Position numbers and translations under genes: made by a program. A DNA stretch of 64,000 bases from Lingula anatina (lineage: Eukaryota > Animalia > Brachiopoda), in NCBI GenBank assembly GCA_051362555.1, contig CM120647.1, forward strand, positions 1,984,001-2,048,000, written 5' to 3'. The notes under the pieces were generated by a model that saw only the letters and a list, made by a program, of their open reading frames with translations, had not been told where the DNA came from and searched no databases. Of the stretch, positions 53,508 to 64,000 are shown in pieces (position 1 is the first letter of the stretch; each line of letters opens with the position of its first letter).

Positions 53508-56500
53508 CTTATTTGCAATATTAAACAAAATTTACCTGCATAATTATCACTGCTTCCTTATTATTAATCTAGCAGAGAGCTTTACCTTTGGGAGTTTACA
53601 GGGAAATATCAACAAGTGTGCTTTACGTAATCTCATTTAATGGCCTATTAAAGCAAATGACTTTATAACTCTGAAATTAATCTAGTGATACCCAAGGGTA
53701 ATTTACAGGCTGACCCACTCAAAGGTCTTCAGGCCCATAAGTCACACCTTAAGAAAAGCACAAAACCATAATGCCCAAAATAGGAGACTACCAATCCTGA
53801 AGCAATAATACATTATGTTTAACTGCACAGTCAACATCAACTTATGCACAACAGGTAACACAGACGAAAGTAAAAGCATAATGCTCCAGGCCAATCAGAG
53901 TTCAAGTTTATACTTAGAAAGTGCCAGAATGAGAAAAATGAAAATTTCACAAAAAATGCATAAATACAATAACCATGATAATCCAATAGAGCTGGTTTTC
54001 TCATGAGCTGAAGGCCAATCCTAAAAATCGTACTTGTAAGTTTAAAATTATAATAAGTAGCACAGTTTTCTTTTCATAATGTTTGCAGTAGCAGTGCAAA
54101 AAGATTGTTGTCAATTTTGATGTAACATTACATAATAAATTAGAGAATAATTATCACCAATTTTTGTTTATTGACTATAAATAGGATGGACATGTAGAAA
54201 ATATGATTACCATTTGGCTTCATGTCCATGGGAGCTCCGAGTCCCACAATGAATATGCCAAAAAGATAATGAATATTACACTAAAATGTATAACTTCCAG
54301 AAAAAGAAGCCAATTAGACTGCTTTTCTAACTCAGGCTGCATTTTAGTCCTGTGTTTCTTTTTTGAAAGTTTGACAGTCATAAGTAACACGGTTTTCCCA
54401 TAATGGTCATCAAGGCAGCAGCACCAAAAATTGTGTTTTCTTCTATTTTGATGCAACATTACATAATGCTTAACAGCATACTGACCATTGATTTTTAATA
54501 ATAAAATATAAGTGTCATGGATTTTCACAAAATGTGACTAGCATGGGTCTTCAAGCCCGTGGAGGTTCTAAGTCACACCTTGGAAATGCCAATATGTGAA
54601 AAATTAAATTTTCACAAAAAACTGTTTAATTGCCAGAAAAATTTACCAAACAGACTGCATTGCCTACTGAAGCTGTATTTTAGTCCCATGTTTCTTTCCT
54701 GTAATTTTGAGAACAGTAAGTGACATGATTTTCCTTAAATGGTCATCATGGGAGCACTGCCCAAAATAGGGGTTTCTTCAAATTTTGATGCAATATTACA
54801 TAATGTTTTACAGCATAATGACCATCAATTTTTAATTATAAAATATTAGTATCATGGTTATTCAGAAAATGTAACTAGCAAAAGTCTTCAGGCCCATGGA
54901 ACTTCAAAGTCACATATTGAAAATGCCAAAATGTAAACAAGACAGCACTGTTCTGAAATGGGTTTATTTCCATTTTTAACACTTTTTTAACATAAAACAA
55001 AATAAACAGTTTACTGCCATTTTTATATGACCAATGAAGAAAATTGATGAGATGGGAAAAGTATCATTAGAACAGTGTTAAATGTCCAACTTCCTCCATT
55101 CTGAGATTCTGAACATAGTGGATGAATGCATCTGACAAACTGCAATGATATGAGTTTATTTCCATTTTTGACACTTTATTACACAATACATGATAACAAG
55201 TTTACCATCATTTTTACAAAATCAACTAACAATGTTGTAAAGATGCAGGAAATGTCAAACAAACACTTTTACGTATCTTATTAGTTCAATAATGAGACTG
55301 TTAACATGCCTAAGAATTGAATGTGAGGAAATGTGAAAAAACAGCATAACTTCTAAAATAATGGACTGATTATGCTGATTTTCAAACTCAACCTGCGTTT
55401 TAGTAAGATTGGCCCCTCCTGTGAGTATAATGACAATTGGCCTATCTGTTTTTCTTATATTGTGTTATCAGTGTTGCATATATACTGAAAAAAGTGAAAA
55501 AACAGCATAAATTCCCTATATGTGACCCGATCGTGCTGATTTTCGAACTTGACCTGCGTATTATGAATATTTATCAGTTCTGTAAGTTTCAAGCCAAAAG
55601 GTAAAATGGTTTTCCACTTATGGTGTTATCGGTGCTGCATATATGCTGAAAAAATAGAAAAAATAGCCTAAATTCACTAAAAATGACCCAATCACGCTGA
55701 TTTTCGAACTTGACCTGCGTATTAAGTATATTCATCAGTTCTGTAAGTTTTAAGCCAAAAAGTAAAATGGTTTTCCACTTATCGTGTTATCGGTGCTGCA
55801 TATATGCTGAAAAAAGTGAAAAAACAGCATAAATTCCCTATAAGTGACCCGATCATGCTGATTTTCGAACTTGACCTGCGTATTATGAATATTCATCAGT
55901 TCTGAAAGTTTCAAGTCAAAAGGTAAAATGGTTTTCCACTTATCGTGTTATCGGTGCTGCATATATGCTGAAAAAAGTGAAAAAACAGGATAAATTCCCT
56001 AAAAGTGACCCGATCATGCTGATTTTCGAACTTGACCTGCGTATTATGAATATTCATCAGTTCTGCAAGTTTCAAGTCAAAAGGTAAAATGGTTTTCCAC
56101 TTATCGTGTTATCGGTAAAAGTGCACGGCGACGGCGACGACGGCGACGACAGCGACGACGGCGACGACAGACGCAGATGATGGCTATATGTACAGACACA
56201 TCTGTGTCTGTACATAATAATGGCCCAATTATGCTAATTTTCAAACTCAACCTGCATTTTAGTAAGATTGACCACTCCTGTGAGTTTAAATGACAATTGG
56301 CCTATCTGTTTTTCTTATATTGTGTTAACAGTGTTGCATATATGCTAAAAAGTGAAACAAGGCAGCAAAGCTGTCAAATGTACAGACAAAAAACAGAAAA
56401 TAAAGATGCAAAAAGGTCATTTTGTCAATTTTGATGCAATAATAAATAATGCTTATAATAGCACTATCAGTCAACACTGAATTTTATAATCATGCACAAC

Positions 56501-56907
56501 AGGTAAAATGGTCAATAACATGAGCGGACCCAGAGATATTCTCTGACAGTATTCCAAAGTATCTATTTTGATCCATCCTCCATTTTGATGGTCTTCCAAC
56601 AGAAGAAAAAATAGATACCAGGCAATATAAACTTAATAACCTGACTGTCTTCCGGAAGTCCCAGAAGATGGTCTCAATCTACCCTTTCAATAAGATTACA
56701 GTTTCAGGACCATGAGAGTTCAAATTCACATGATGTAAGTCTCAATATTTGAAAAATGATGACAGTGCATAAAATAATATTACATAAGTAACATAATGTT
56801 TAAAGACATAAAAAACAATACAACTGCTTATGTGGAAATACAGAAATGTCAGAGTCTCAGGCGGATGAGAGTTAAAAGTCATAAATGCAAGTGTTTGAGA
56901 ATAAAAG

Positions 56908-56958
<51 letters not shown>

Positions 56959-59900
56959 TTATTTGCAATATTAAACAAATTTACCTGCATAATTATCACT
57001 GCTTCCTTATTATTAATCTAGCAGAGAGCTTAACCTATGGGAGTTTACAGGGAAATATCAACAAGTGTGCTTTATGTAATCTCAAATCACAAGTGTGCTT
57101 TATGTAGCCTATCAATTAGGCAAATTACTTTATAACTGAAATTAGCGAAGTGATACCCAAGGGAAATTTATAGACTGACCCTCTCAAAGGTCTTTCAGGC
57201 CCATAAGTCACAACTTAAGAAGAGCACAAAACAATAATGCACAAAATAGGAGACTACCAATTCTGATGCAATAATACATTATGTTTAACTGCACAGTCAA
57301 CATCAAATTTTAATTTTGCACAACAGGTAACACCGACGAAAGTAAAAGCATAAGGCTTCAGGCCCATCAGAGTTCAAGTTTATACTTAGAAAGTGCCAGA
57401 ATGAGAAAAATGAAATTTCACACAAAATTGAATTAAATTCAATAATAAATGATAACCCAATTGACCTGGCTTTCTAATTTGAACTGCATGCCAATGTTTG
57501 CAGTAGCAGTGCAAAAAGATTATTGTCAATTTTGATGTAACATTACATAATAAATTATAGAATAATTATCACCAATTTTTGATTATTGACTATAAATAGC
57601 ATGATCGTAAAAAATTTGATTACCATCCGGCTTCATGTCCATGGGAGCTCCGAGTCCCACAATGAATATGCCAAAAAGATAATGAATATTTCACTAAAAT
57701 GTATAACTTCCAGAAAAAGAAGCCCATTAGACTGCTTTTCCAACTTGGGCTGCATTTTAGTCCTGTGTTTCTTTTTTGAAAGTTTGACAATCATAAGTAA
57801 CACGGTTTTCCCATCATGGTCATCATGGCAGATGTGGATGATTGAATTTTTACATAATCAACTAACAATGTTGTAAAGATGCAGGAAATATCAAACAAAC
57901 ACTTTTACGTATCTTATTAGTTCAATAATGATACTGTTAACATGCCTAAGAATTGAATCTGAGGAAATTTGAAAAAACAGTACAACTTCTAAAATAATGG
58001 CCCGATAACGCTGATTTTCGAACTCAACCTGCATTTTTGTAAGATTGACCACTCCTGTGAGTATAATGACAATTGGCTAAGCTGTTTTTCTTATATTGTG
58101 TTATTAATGTTGCATATATGTTGAAAAAAGTGAAAAAACAGCATAAAAAAATTAAAAGAAAATGTAAAATAAAACATAACAAAAAATACCAATAAAGCTG
58201 CTATTCAAACTTTTAATCTAGCTGTACAATTACTAACATGATATGAATAACCCTATTGAGTTTGAGAATAATAAGGCACTGTTATTCATCTTTATCATTA
58301 ATGTAAGCGTTACACAAAATTTTTTTTGTAAACTTATTTTCCATATTAAATAACATTTACCTGCATAATAATCATTGATTCCTAATTATGTGACACAGTT
58401 AAGAAAGCTAAACCGATGGGACTTTACAATGAAATCTCAATGTGTGTTTATGTAATCTCATTTAATGCCCACTTGAAAATTAATTAAGCAAATTATTTTA
58501 TAACCCTGAAATAACTTGAAAATCAATTAAGCAAATTATTTTATAACCCTGAATTAACTGCCTACTATCCATATACATTTATTGCACCAAATAGCACTGT
58601 ACTGCATTGCTTTCAAAACAGAAAACAATTACGATGGTTTTCCAACACAAGCTGCACTTCAGTCTTTTCAGTAAGGTTGATTATCATAAGTAACATGGTT
58701 TTCCCTTAATCGCTATCCTGGCAGCAGTGTCCAAAATAGGGTTTTCTTTAACTTTCATGCAATATAACATAATACTTAACAGCATAATGACCATCAATTT
58801 TTTATAAAAAAATAAAAGTATCATGGATATTCAGAAAATGTGATATGGAAAGGTCTCCAAGGACATGGAAGTTAGGGTCACACTTTCAAAATGCCAAAAT
58901 GTTAACAAGAGATAACTGTACTGAAATGATTTTCTTTCCATTTTCAACACCTTTTTTTACATAAAACCATCATCAATTAACTGTCATTTTTAAATGATCA
59001 ACTAGGAAAATTGTTGACATAGGAAAAATATCAATAGAACAATTTATAATGTCCAATTAGCTCCATTTGGAGATTCTGAACATAGTGAATGATTGAATCT
59101 GACGAACTGCAATGATGAGTTCCTTTCCATTTTTGATACTTTATTACACAATGCAGGATAATAGGTTTACCGTCATTTTTATATAATCAACTAACAATAT
59201 TGTTAAGAAGCAGAAAATGTTAAAACAACACTTTAACATATCCAATTAGTACCGTTATGAGACTGTTAACATGTTAAGAATTAAATCTGAAGAAAAACCA
59301 CTTATATACAAAAAGGCTAATAACTTCATCAAAACTTAACTGATCAAGCTTATTTTCAAACTTGATCTGTATACTGGTCAGATTGATCACTCCTGTGAGT
59401 TGCAAGACAAAAGGCTGATTGGTTTTCCTTAAAATGCGTTATCAGTGTTGCATGTATGCTGAATAAAGGGAAAAAACAGCATTACTTTTGTAAAAATAGT
59501 CCAATCATGCCAATTTTCAAACTTGACCTGCGTATTATAAATATTCACCAGTTCTGTAAATTTCAATCCAAGGAAAGGAAAAACATTTTTACACTTATCA
59601 TGATATCGGTGTTATAAAAGTGCTGAAAAAATTGAAAAAAAAAAAAAAAAAAAAAAAGGATAACTTCCATAAAAATTGCCCGATCTTGCTGATTTTCAAA
59701 ATTGACCTGCGTATTATGAATATTCATTAGTTCTGTAAGTTTCAAGCCAAATGAAAAAACAGTTTTCCACTTATTGTGTTATCAGTGCTGCATATATGCT
59801 GAAAAAAGTGAAAAAACAGCATAAATTCCCTAACAACAATCGAATCATGCTGATTTTTGAACTTGACTTGCGTATTATGAATATTTATCAGTTTTGTAAG

Positions 59901-61167
59901 TTTCAAGTCAAAAGGTAGAATGGTTTTCCACTTATCGTGTTATCGGTGCTGCAAATATGCTGAAAAAAAGTGAAAAAACAGCATAAATTCCCTAAAAGTG
60001 ACCCGATCATGCTGATTTTCGAACTTGACCTGCGTATTATGAATATTCATCAGTTCTGCAAGTTTCAAGTCAAAAGGTAAAATGGTTTTCCACTTATCGT
60101 GTTATCAGTGCTGCATATATGCTGAAAAAAGTGAAACAAGACAGCACTGTTCTGAAATGGGTTTATTTCCATTTTTAACACTTTTTTAACATAAAACAAA
60201 ATAAACATTTTACTGCCATTTTTATATGTCCAACTAAGAAAATTGATGAGATGGGAAAAGTATCAATAGAACAGTGTTAAATGTCCAATTTCCTCCATTC
60301 TGAGATTCTGAACATAGTGGATGATTGAATCTGACAAACTGCAATGATATGAGTTTATTTCCATTTTTGACACTTTATTACACAATACATGATAACAAGT
60401 TTACCATGTTTTTTTACATAATCAACTTACAATGTTGTAAAGATGCAGGAAATATCAAACAAACACTTTTAGGCATCTTATTAGTTAAATAATGAGACTG
60501 TTAACATGCCTAATAATTGAATCTGAGGAAATGTGAAAAAACAGTATAACTTCTTAAGTAATGGCCCGATTATGCTTATTTTCGAACTCAACCTGCGTTT
60601 TAGTAAGATTGACCACTCCTGTGAGTATAATGACAATTGGCCAATCCATTTTTCTTATATTGTGTTATCAGTGTTGCATTTATATTGAAAATAGTGAAAA
60701 AACAGCATAAATTCCCTAAAAGTGACCCGATCATGCTGATTTTCGAACTTGACCTGCGTATTATGAATATTCATCAGTTCTGTAAGTTTCAAGCCAAAAG
60801 GTAAAATGGTTTTCCACTTATCGTGTTATCGGTGCTGCATATATGCTGAAAAAAGTGAAAAAACAGCATAAATTCCCTAAAAGTGACCCGATCATGCTGA
60901 TTTTCGAACTTGACCTGCGTATTATGAATATTCATCAGTTCTGTAAGTTTCAAGTCAAAAGGTAAAATGGTTTTCCACTTATCGTGTTATCGGTGCTGCA
61001 TATATGCTGAAAAAAGTGAAAAAACAGCATAAATTCCCTAAAAGTGACCCGATCATGCTGATTTTCGAACTTGACCTGCGTATTATGAATATTCATCAGT
61101 TCTGCAAGTTTCAAGTCAAAAGGTAAAATGGTCTTCCACTTATCGTGTTATCGGTAAAAGTGCACGG

Positions 61168-61198
<31 letters not shown>

Positions 61199-63848
61199 AG
61201 ACGCAGATGATGGCTATATGTACAGACACATCTGTGTCTGTACATAAAAACAGCATAACTACTAAAATAGTGGCCCGATCGTGCCGATTTTCGAACTTGA
61301 CCTGCGTTTTAGTAAGATTGATTGCTCCTGGGAGTTTCATGACAACAGGCCTATCGGTTTTCCTTGAAATGTGTTAACAGTGTTGTATATATGCTGAAAA
61401 GTGAAAAAACAGCATAACTTCTACAATAATGGCTCGATCATGCTGATTTTCGAACTTGACCTGCGTTTTATGAATATTCATCAGCTCTATAAATATAAAG
61501 CCAAAAAGTAAAACGGTCTTCCACTTATCGTGTTAACGCTGAAAGTGCACGGCGACGGCATCGGCGACGGCATCGGCATCGGCGACGACGGCGACGACAG
61601 ACGCAGGTGATGGCAATATGTACAGACACATCTGTGTCTGTACATAATAAAAATAAACAGATGGAGTCTATGACTGGGCTCCCATACCTAGATCGCTCTA
61701 ACAGGATCGTTCCATCTCCTAGGGGTTTATCACTAAATTGCTTTCAGCTTAAATGGCTTACAGCTTCAGTAGATGTGACAGACATCTGAGCCACTTAAGT
61801 TGATTGCAATTTACCAAGAATCCCCTCTGAGATAGATGGATCCACAGTTAGCATGATAGGGTCTGGAAATAGTCCCTATCACGCAAATTACCCTGACATA
61901 AAAATGAACAAAAACACCCTTATATTTATATACTAGTATATGTCTCAATCCACCACATACAGTACAAAATATCACTTATAAAAATAAACAAAAACATTCT
62001 TATATTTATATATACATGTATATATACCTCTGTCCACCATGTTAGATACTTCCACGGCCCTCCGTAGCTATTCCAGCTATAATTATTACGAGGCCTGCAT
62101 ATAAAGTAGTCGTAATAGACAGAGAACGCTTGAATCACCAGCACTGTTAGATGTACCGCAAGTGGAACAGCCTTGGATGCCATTTCACCACATACAACAC
62201 ATATATAACTTATACCAGTATAGTAGTTGTGCTGGCAACAATATGTCTTCCTTTATCTCTTTTCTGATCAGTAATTTGCCTAAATTCCAGTCTCTCTTCA
62301 CTGTGCTAAACAAGTTCTCTCTTCACTGTGCTAAACAAGTTCACACGTCTGAGTTATTTGTACACCATCTTCACAAAGTCAACAACAGGATACAGACATA
62401 CACTAATGGGTTGATGACTTCTCCTTTAAGTATTTGATGTATACGTGTAATTTCTGTGACTCGATCTTTTCGTGCAGTAATGGAGAGACACCATGTGATG
62501 TCAGCACGTTTCTTTTTCATTCAAATCACTTTCCTTATATAGTCTACTTCCAAGCTGTAAAACAATCTGATAGTTTCTCACTGTCTGTGGACTCTTTTTC
62601 ACTACTTTTCAACTGCTAAGAACTTCCCGCATGAAAATATGTCATATCCTGACCAAACCTCATCAATGGTTTCAAGTGCCCATCACATCAAGCATGAAAT
62701 TATGTAATACCAAACTGCTTTATTTTTCCAATGGTTGTGCAACATCAACAGTCTTCAATGCCTGCCACAGTAACAGTCAACTGTATCAGTAATTTCCACA
62801 GCAGTGCACAACAGGTGACTTTTAACAAGTCTATGCAACAAAGTTGACAAATTTCTCCAGTTGATGTGTTGTGCAGACACCCCGCCTATATTACAGTTCT
62901 AGTCAAGACTGTCTTCATGTACATGTACTCGTAGTTGATACTGTAATTCTCAGATCATCCTCTCTCTTATTATCAGTTATCACGGAATGCAACAATCAAA
63001 GTTCCTTCAAAATCTCAGAAATTCCTAATCTCCCTGTCTCACTGCTCCTGAGATATATACTGCATATACATATATCTAAGCTACCTGGACAAGCTATCGT
63101 CCACCTCAAGTCACTGTATTGTAACACTTGACTGCCCTGCCTGCATGTCTACATATATTACTGTCCAACCACAATATATACATATCACCACCTCATCTGT
63201 ATTATTTATACCTGTGGAGGTAGTGAGCAAGTGGTGCCACTTGTTTGTATTAGGAAGTAACTGACCTAGATCAATAAACCTTAATTATCCTATATATAAA
63301 ATACCTCTCTGGGTCCTGGAGACAGTCAATACACCCCAAAACACAAAACCACGTGGGAGAACATTAAAGCCTCCTCTCTCCCCCCCCCCCCCCCCCTTCA
63401 CACAGCTCAGTGCAAAACAATTATATACGTATTTGTGATTTCAATGTTAACCCTTCACCATGTGGATCAAGGTCTTCACCCAACACCCTGTGGATCAAGG
63501 TGTTCAGTCCCTGCACCCTGTGTATCAAGGTGTTCAGCCCGCACCCTGTGTATCAAGGTGTTCACCCTGCACCCTGTGGGTCAAGGTGTTCAGCCTGCAC
63601 CCTGTGGGTCAAGGTGTTCAGCCTGCACCCTGTGGATCAAGGTGTTCAGTACCTGCACCCTGTGGGTCAAGGTTTTCAGTCCCTGTATTACTAGTACTCA
63701 CCAGGCCCCAGACTGTCAGATAGCGCAGCTTGTGCCAGGGGTTGTAGTCCTCCCAGCTGCCAAAATACACGTAGAGGAAGTCATAGATAGTTCCCCAGAG
63801 CTGAATCAAGAACAGGGTTAAATGAACTAAAAACGATGTAGCTGACAT
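39751..63848 (-). CDS. AIG1: AIG1/ADTRP-family (FAR-17a/AIG1) transmembrane Thr/His lipid hydrolase gene, whole span, with 4 alternative first coding exons and 2 alternative third exons
   Basis: Spliced product (e.g. 1C+2+3a+4+5+6 = 246 aa) follows human AIG1 motif by motif: [12 protein letters not shown]...[42 protein letters not shown]. All junctions are GT-AG with consistent phases. Confidence 0.9.
40310..40461 (-). CDS. AIG1: AIG1-like exon 5: [50 protein letters not shown]
   Basis: Acceptor ttgttccag, donor gtgagt, phases 2-1, WVYP motif. Confidence 0.92.
40767..40882 (-). CDS. AIG1: AIG1-like exon 4: [39 protein letters not shown]
   Basis: Acceptor atcttcag, donor gtaaga, phases 0-2. 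The first codon is the His equivalent to catalytic H134 of human AIG1. Confidence 0.93.
41287..41649. repeat. 23-bp intronic minisatellite (~15 copies)
   Basis: Unit gactcacaagtgtcagtctcaag. Confidence 0.9.
41775..41908 (-). mobile_element. partial Harbinger-like MITE (tagatcga family)
   Basis: gtgaacccccagggagttaggtcgatcta...ctctgggaatggggtc. Confidence 0.6.
42017..42118 (-). CDS. AIG1: AIG1-like exon 3b (alternative): [34 protein letters not shown]
   Basis: 102 bp, acceptor ccttccttccag, donor gtaagg, phase 0-0; paralogous to exon 3a. Confidence 0.88.
42163..42264 (-). CDS. AIG1: AIG1-like exon 3a (canonical): [34 protein letters not shown]
   Basis: 102 bp, acceptor ttttttccgtcag, donor gtgggt, phase 0-0; DRELVYP and WLNH motifs. 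Confidence 0.93.
42974..43120 (-). CDS. AIG1: AIG1-like exon 2 (shared): [49 protein letters not shown]
   Basis: 147 bp, acceptor tatttccag, donor gtaagt, phase 0-0. Confidence 0.93.
43965..44126 (-). CDS. AIG1: AIG1-like alternative first coding exon 1D: [54 protein letters not shown]
   Basis: ATG at 44126, 162 bp, [12 protein letters not shown] motif, donor gtaagt phase 0. Translated by hand; not in the ORF track. Confidence 0.88.
44845..45024 (-). CDS. AIG1: AIG1-like alternative first coding exon 1C: [60 protein letters not shown]
   Basis: 180 bp; [13 protein letters not shown] closely matches human AIG1 HQTYGGSWKFLTF; donor gtagtt phase 0. Confidence 0.9.
45731..45907. mobile_element. 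Harbinger-like MITE (tagatcga family)
   Basis: TTA TSD on both sides; same core as 12307-12499. Confidence 0.7.
48202..48537 (+). mobile_element. Kolobok-like MITE, complete
   Basis: TIR agggataataactcttcgt / acgaagagttattatcctt with TTAA TSD; the empty site gtgttaacagtg is seen in sister repeat units (e.g. ~61371). Confidence 0.8.
53186..53412. mobile_element. short HINE/DINE-like insertion
   Basis: aactagaaaagcactttgagagtgcagacctctgccaagg ... gacagacaaacaggggtgaaaatataacccccttggcagag (sub-TIR ctctgccaagg/ccttggcagag). Absent from the sister copy near 56900. Confidence 0.6.
62028..62183 (-). CDS. AIG1: AIG1-like alternative first coding exon 1B: [52 protein letters not shown]
   Basis: 156 bp, [11 protein letters not shown] motif, donor gtatat phase 0. 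Confidence 0.88.
63458..63685. repeat. ~28-29-bp minisatellite (~8 copies)
   Basis: Unit caccctgtggatcaaggtgttcagcctg, just inside the intron after exon 1A. Confidence 0.9.
63702..63848 (-). CDS. AIG1: AIG1-like alternative first coding exon 1A: [49 protein letters not shown]
   Basis: 147 bp, TM1 with the VHL..YD pattern seen in 1B, RYLTVW motif, donor gtgagt phase 0. Confidence 0.8.
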
Positions 63849-64000
63849 CTTCTTCAGCTCCTCCTACAATCCTGGTGTGATATTTGAAGTCAAGCTGCCT
63901 GCAATTGATTCTTGCTATTTTATCAACTGCAATACTATGTTATATTGATTAAAGTATTGCCTAGTCAATTATGATGTACTTGAACTAGTAACTGTATGGA

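Larger units (their letters stand above)
46866..61645 (-). mobile_element. nested cluster of Helentron/HINE-like non-autonomous elements with internal 161-bp tandem repeats
   Basis: One end type is aacaag-ggcagc/aaa/gctgtc hairpin-atgtacagaca (46866, 48570, ~48860, 52627, 56356). The other is a (gacggc)n microsatellite plus palindrome atgtacagacac-atct-gtgtctgtacat (51721, 56188, 61218, 61618; degenerate at 50106). 161-bp units at 60721, 60882, 61043. Insertions fall in A/T runs without TSD. Confidence 0.8.

Noticed and set aside
49802-61340. ORFs within the 47-61 kb array (e.g. 49802-50227, 51306-51734, 53087-53518)
   Set aside because: Chance frames through non-coding repeat units, not conserved in frame between copies, with no Rep/helicase motifs.
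62028-63848. Exons 1A and 1B as starts of separate tandem AIG1 genes
   Set aside because: On the minus strand their downstream exons would have to lie at lower coordinates. I found none between 45.1 and 62 kb or between 62.2 and 63.7 kb, although manual scanning could miss very diverged exons.

Overview
AT-rich, repeat-dense animal genomic DNA with spliceosomal introns, microsatellites, SINE/LINE/MITE/Helentron-type repeats and Pol III tRNA genes. The repeat types suggest an invertebrate, probably a mollusc or other lophotrochozoan (inference). The main discovery is a minus-strand AIG1/ADTRP-family (FAR-17a/AIG1, Thr/His lipid hydrolase) locus with a variable/constant layout. FOUR different first coding exons (63702-63848, 62028-62183, 44845-45024, 43965-44126) each carry their own ATG, TM1, the catalytic-Thr motif and a phase-0 GT donor. 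They sit upstream of ONE set of downstream exons, which also contains a tandem pair of 102-bp exon-3 variants separated by a 44-nt intron (probably mutually exclusive). That gives up to 8 isoforms within this window. Also present: an uncharacterised multi-pass membrane protein encoded in a single large exon (18269-20548), with an upstream in-phase orphan exon; a 1.66-kb foldback element made of two head-to-head Tc1 3' halves; two intact tRNA-Asn(GTT) genes plus a fragment in a local duplication; a ~15-kb nest of self-inserted Helentron/HINE-like elements; a 5.7-kb element inserted in a (TG)n microsatellite; and many MITEs (Harbinger-, Kolobok- and Tc1/pogo-like). All calls come from manual reading; no searches were run.
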